A stretch of DNA of 50,275 nt, from contig JAGORQ010000005.1 in assembly GCA_018062705.1 (NCBI GenBank), positions 1 to 50,275 on the forward strand, in the 5' to 3' direction. Within the stretch, counting starts at the first letter, position 1; each line of letters starts with the position of its first letter. The DNA comes from Candidatus Shapirobacteria bacterium. GTDB taxonomy: Bacteria; Patescibacteriota; Microgenomatia; UBA12405. Below are positions 46,356 through 50,275 of this stretch, in pieces. A program made the translations under genes and the position numbers. The notes under the pieces are model-generated. The model was not told where the DNA came from, searched no databases, and was given only the letters and a program-made list of their open reading frames with translations.

Positions 46356-47998
46356 TTTGTGTATCTCGGCACCAGGGTGTTAGGTTCATTAAACCACTCT
46401 TTTAAAATATCCCCCACAATCGGCGCCGCCACATCCGATCCTTCTCCTCCTCTCTCCACCATTACAGTAATCGAAATCTCTGGATTGTCCACTGGACCGA
46501 AAGCCGTCAACCAGGCATGAGTGTCTTTCGACCCATCACCCACCTCAGCCGTCCCGGTTTTACAAGCCAACTGGGTTTTAAAATTAAATAACGGCCAGGC
46601 TGTTCCTCCTGGTTTACACGCAGATTTCATCCCTTCATAAATTGCCGACAAAGTGTTTGATTTTATTCCTATATCACTGCAATTAACCAGCTTATTTTTC
46701 AAAATACTCATCTGACATTTTTTACCTTTTGAGGCAACTATGTTTGTCATTTGATTAACCTGCAAAGGTGTTACCGCCAAATCACCTTGCCCAATCGACA
46801 AATGGTAAGTGTTACCCAAAAACCACTTTTCACCTTTATTTTCAATTTTCCATTGTTCGTCTGGCACTATTCCTGGTGTCTCTCCTGACAATTCCACTCC
46901 GGTTTTACTCCCGTAACCAAATTTATTGGCCCACAACTTTATTCTATCTACCCCCAATTTTTCTCCTAGTTTATAAAAATAAATATCATTTGATCGCTGT
47001 AACGCTTTCACAATATTCACCATCCCATCAGTTGTCCCACTTTTTGTCCACAGCCAATTACTATACGAATACTCTCCCACCTTGATTACACCAGTATCTT
47101 CAATTAACGAACCAGCTTCAATTACTCCCGACTCCATACCAGCCGCCGCCAATACCGGCTTAAAGACACTTCCCGGATGATACCGCGCTGATATTGTCCG
47201 GTTAAGCAAAGGTAAATTTTCTCTATCTTCCAAATAACTATTAATCACCTGATTATCTAGCTGATTCGAAAAAACATTTGGATCCATCCCTGGCGATGAT
47301 ACCAAAGCCAAAATTTTACCCGTTAATGGTTCACTCATTATTACAGTTGCTTTCCTCCCATTTAATAATTTATAAATTTTATCTTGCCAAAAAGCATCAA
47401 TTGACAGTGTTATGTTCTGGCCTGCAACCGGCTCCATCCTACCCATCTCCCGCACATATTTTCCCAAAGCGTCAACCTCGATCAACCTCTTTCCATCTTG
47501 ACCTCGCAGTTGACAATCTAAACTAACCTCAACCCCTGCCCTACCTACAAAATCTAGACCATCAATTTTATCTCCACAACTGTTTTTCTTTATATCATCA
47601 GCTCCCACTTTACCGACATAACCTGTTACCAACCCGAGCGACTCGCCATAATTATATTGTCGCTTCAATTCCGCCACGATATCTTTTCCTTCAAATTTTG
47701 ATCCATCAAAATCGCCTGAGCCATCGTAAATCTTGCTATCACCATCTTTTTTATAATATTGATAAACACTTTTAACCAACTCTCTCCCTTTTCGATCGTA
47801 AACCGACCCTCTAGCAGCCGGTATAGAAATTTCTGTAATCCGATTATCACGCGCCTTAGTCGAGTAATACTTTTGACGAATGACTGACAATCTCAAAACA
47901 CCCACCAGCAAAAAACCAAAACTACCGATTAGTGCCCAGTACAAAAGCCAATATTTAGCCGTTATGTTTTCCAATCTATTTACCCAAACTACTAACAA
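46352..47998 (-). CDS. mrdA: penicillin-binding protein 2 (class B transpeptidase)
   Basis: SxxK (GSVFKP), SxN (RSND), and KTG (KTGTAE). N-terminal TM. Located next to mreB. Confidence 0.9.
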   Translation of the reverse strand: MLVVWVNRLENITAKYWLLYWALIGSFGFLLVGVLRLSVIRQKYYSTKARDNRITEISIPAARGSVYDRKGRELVKSVYQYYKKDGDSKIYDGSGDFDGSKFEGKDIVAELKRQYNYGESLGLVTGYVGKVGADDIKKNSCGDKIDGLDFVGRAGVEVSLDCQLRGQDGKRLIEVDALGKYVREMGRMEPVAGQNITLSIDAFWQDKIYKLLNGRKATVIMSEPLTGKILALVSSPGMDPNVFSNQLDNQVINSYLEDRENLPLLNRTISARYHPGSVFKPVLAAAGMESGVIEAGSLIEDTGVIKVGEYSYSNWLWTKSGTTDGMVNIVKALQRSNDIYFYKLGEKLGVDRIKLWANKFGYGSKTGVELSGETPGIVPDEQWKIENKGEKWFLGNTYHLSIGQGDLAVTPLQVNQMTNIVASKGKKCQMSILKNKLVNCSDIGIKSNTLSAIYEGMKSACKPGGTAWPLFNFKTQLACKTGTAEVGDGSKDTHAWLTAFGPVDNPEISITVMVERGGEGSDVAAPIVGDILKEWFNEPNTLVPRYTN

Positions 47999-49058
47999 TT
48001 TTTATCGATTCCAAAATTTGCTTGTTACCCAACAATTCTCCAATTCCTTTTACAACACACCAACCCGGATCTTCCGCCAACTTGGTATTTATTTTTGTTT
48101 CCTTTTCAATAAGTCGATCTAAACCCCTCAGCTTACTGCCATTCCCCACCATAACTATTCCTCTCTTCAAAATATCCTCCATCAATTCTGGTGGTGTTTG
48201 ATCCAACACTTCAACTACCAACTTAACAATTTTTTGGGCTTCAAATGCTATGGCCTCACGTATTTCTCCCTCACCAATCTTGACGCTTTTTGGTAAACCA
48301 GTTTCCATATCTCTCCCCCGAACCAAAGCCGCCTTTTCCACCTTCGATTCACCTACATTACCAATTTCAATTTTGACCCTTTCGGCTGTATTTTGACCAA
48401 TCAACAATCCATATTTCATTTTTATATAGTTAGCAATACCAGCATCCATCTCATTACCGGCAATTTTTGACGCCTTACCTACCACCACCCCACCTAATGA
48501 CACCACCGACACCTCAGTTTTACCCCCACCCACGTCCAAAATCATCACTCCTGACGATTTTTTGACCGACACCCCAATTCCTAAACCTGCCAAAACTGAA
48601 CCTTCAACCAAAATTACGTCTCTGGCTCCGGAACGATAGAACACCGACCTAACAGCTCTTTTTTGAACGTCGGTAATTCCACTTGGCACCGACACCACCA
48701 CTCTCGGTTTAAATAGCTTGGGGTAATTTGAAGGTACTTCATAAACCAACTTTAAATAATAAGACACCAATTCCTCTACCGCCTCCAAATCCACTATCAC
48801 TCCATTTTTAATCGGTGAAATTACCTCCACCTGACCCGGCTCGCGGCTAACTATTTCTTTTGCTTTGGCGCCATAAGCAATAACCAACGATTTTTTAGTT
48901 TTTGGGGCGGATAGCCCCGACCAGCGCTTTTTTTTAATTCGAGCAATCAGTGCCGGTTCATCAACTACAATACCTCTATCTTTTAGGATAATAAGCGTGT
49001 TACTACTCCCCAAATCAACTCCTATTTCCCAATAAAAATTCTCCAAAATTTTGATCAC
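47976..49058 (-). CDS. mreB: rod shape-determining protein MreB
   Basis: Actin-fold motifs IGVDLGSSNT, LDVGGGKTEVSV, and VMVGNGSKLRGL. Confidence 0.93.
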   Translation of the reverse strand: MIKILENFYWEIGVDLGSSNTLIILKDRGIVVDEPALIARIKKKRWSGLSAPKTKKSLVIAYGAKAKEIVSREPGQVEVISPIKNGVIVDLEAVEELVSYYLKLVYEVPSNYPKLFKPRVVVSVPSGITDVQKRAVRSVFYRSGARDVILVEGSVLAGLGIGVSVKKSSGVMILDVGGGKTEVSVVSLGGVVVGKASKIAGNEMDAGIANYIKMKYGLLIGQNTAERVKIEIGNVGESKVEKAALVRGRDMETGLPKSVKIGEGEIREAIAFEAQKIVKLVVEVLDQTPPELMEDILKRGIVMVGNGSKLRGLDRLIEKETKINTKLAEDPGWCVVKGIGELLGNKQILESIKIVSSLGK

Positions 49059-49088
49059 CCCAAATTATACCTTATACTATCTACAACC

Positions 49089-50275
49089 ATGTCGCTACGT
49101 CTGAATAATTTTATAAAAAGTTTGATTCTTGGACTAGTTTTTTTTACCCCTCTAATCTACAACCCTGCCAACTCGGAACTTTTTGAAATTCCCAAAATGT
49201 ACTTCGTTTACCTAATCACTCTGATTATTATCACCGCCCACCTGTTCAATCACCTTCAGAACAACACCCCACTTTTTCGACATCACCCACTCAACATCCC
49301 CATCCTACTGTTTCTCGCATCCCAGTTAATTGCCACCATTTTTAGTATTGACCGTCACGTCTCAATTTTTGGTTACTACTCCCGACTCGATGGTGGACTA
49401 CTTTCTCTACTTGCCTTTACTTCACTTTTTTTTATAACTTCCAATTATCTAGACGACAAATTTCGCCGTCAGTTAATAAATTTCTCTCTACTTTCTGGGA
49501 TTACTGTAGCCATGCTTGGTATTGCCCAACATTTTAATCTAACCCAATATCCTTTTATTAAAAATATTTTCAAGAATACTCCAATTTATGGACTAATCGA
49601 CAAAAATTCTTGGAAGACCGATGTTCAGGCTCGCGTCTTTAGCACTCTCGGTCAACCCAATTGGCTCGCCGCCTATCTTTGCATATTACTTCCATTTTCT
49701 CTTGATCGTTTTTTCTCCACCACCCGCCTTATTCATAAATCTTATTTCTTACTTCTTACTTCAAGTTTTTGGTTGTGCTTACTCTTCACCAAATCTAAAA
49801 CAGGTCTGATCGCCGCAATCATTTCATTAGGAATTTATTTTGTATACAAATTATTTTTAGACTTCAAAAACAACGTTTTATTCATAAATCTTAAATCTTA
49901 CTTCATACTTCTAATTTTCCTGTTGTTGTCTCTTAGCGTCTCCAACCCCATCAAAGACTTTTTCTTCCCCCAAAAAATGATAAATGGTTCAATGATAAAT
50001 GATAAATCGGTCTTAATTACTCCATCAGAGGATATTCGTAAAATCGTCTGGCAAGGAGCCGTTGATTTGTGGAAACGTTACCCAGTTTTTGGCACCGGTC
50101 CAGAAACCTTCGCCTTCAGCTACTACTGGACTCGTCCAGCCACTCACAATCTTACTTCAGAATGGCAATTTCTCTACAACAAAGCGCACAACGAATATCT
50201 CAATTATCTCGCCACCTCCGGCCTCATCGGACTTATAACATACTTGCTATTAATCATCTCTTTTTCGTATTACGT
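49089..50275 (+). CDS. O-antigen ligase/polymerase-like membrane protein, partial (runs off the right edge)
   Basis: Not in the ORF track. Own translation from ATG 49089 is open to the window end: MSLRLNNFIKSLILGLVFFTPLIYNP...LFTKSKTGLIAAIISLG...FGTGPETFAF...YNKAHNEYLNYLATSGLIGL. Confidence 0.8.
   Translation, partial: MSLRLNNFIKSLILGLVFFTPLIYNPANSELFEIPKMYFVYLITLIIITAHLFNHLQNNTPLFRHHPLNIPILLFLASQLIATIFSIDRHVSIFGYYSRLDGGLLSLLAFTSLFFITSNYLDDKFRRQLINFSLLSGITVAMLGIAQHFNLTQYPFIKNIFKNTPIYGLIDKNSWKTDVQARVFSTLGQPNWLAAYLCILLPFSLDRFFSTTRLIHKSYFLLLTSSFWLCLLFTKSKTGLIAAIISLGIYFVYKLFLDFKNNVLFINLKSYFILLIFLLLSLSVSNPIKDFFFPQKMINGSMINDKSVLITPSEDIRKIVWQGAVDLWKRYPVFGTGPETFAFSYYWTRPATHNLTSEWQFLYNKAHNEYLNYLATSGLIGLITYLLLIISFSYY

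Noticed and set aside
1-50275. Alternative genetic code (UGA or UAG recoding), as in some CPR lineages
   Set aside because: All conserved genes (cysS, dnaX, topA, mrdA, mreB, rseP and others) are full-length and uninterrupted under the standard code.

Overview
Gene-dense, AT-rich bacterial chromosome window with roughly 60 protein genes, mostly on the minus strand. The standard genetic code fits. I saw no tRNA, rRNA or CRISPR array. By inference only, the content points to a Patescibacteria/CPR (Microgenomates-like) genome: short housekeeping proteins, rpsB-tsf-frr without pyrH, many 4-8 nt gene overlaps, cohesin/dockerin surface proteins, DUF4143 ATPases and an orphan T4SS-coupling-type ATPase. 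Layout: (1) 1-9985 is housekeeping: S41 peptidase, rpsF-ssb-rpsR, cysS, dnaX-ybaB-recR, a ybeY-like gene, yqeY and rpsU. (2) 10045-16401 is a five-gene cohesin/dockerin/LPXTG surface-assembly operon with cysteine-rich, non-enzymatic cargo. This is my best candidate for an undescribed system. (3) 16527-32848 is a large surface-glycan locus: a priming sugar transferase, GT2/GT4/GT8/GT26-like transferases, two Wzy/O-antigen-ligase-like proteins, a Wzm/Wzt-type ABC exporter, PIG-L deacetylase, methyltransferase and a GH39-like hydrolase. (4) 32902-36013 holds rseP, frr, tsf and rpsB. (5) 36099-44226 is a mosaic accessory region. It holds two DUF4143 AAA+ ATPases, a membrane-protein gene flanked by perfect 16-bp inverted repeats, visibly G+C-richer hairpin-dense DNA with small secreted-peptide genes, an orphan VirD4/TraD-like ATPase, a four-helix-bundle gene frameshifted at an A9 run, and twin mini-ORFs. 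(6) 44223-50275 holds topA, PBP2, mreB and a partial Wzy-like gene. Three themes run through the whole window. AT-rich heptamer word repeats sit on stop codons and also occur in-frame inside conserved genes. A GC-rich palindromic element family has one in-frame copy inside a gene. Promoters with -10 boxes 6-11 nt from start codons suggest leaderless mRNAs. dnaX also carries an A7 run with stops in both alternative frames at the gamma/tau boundary.
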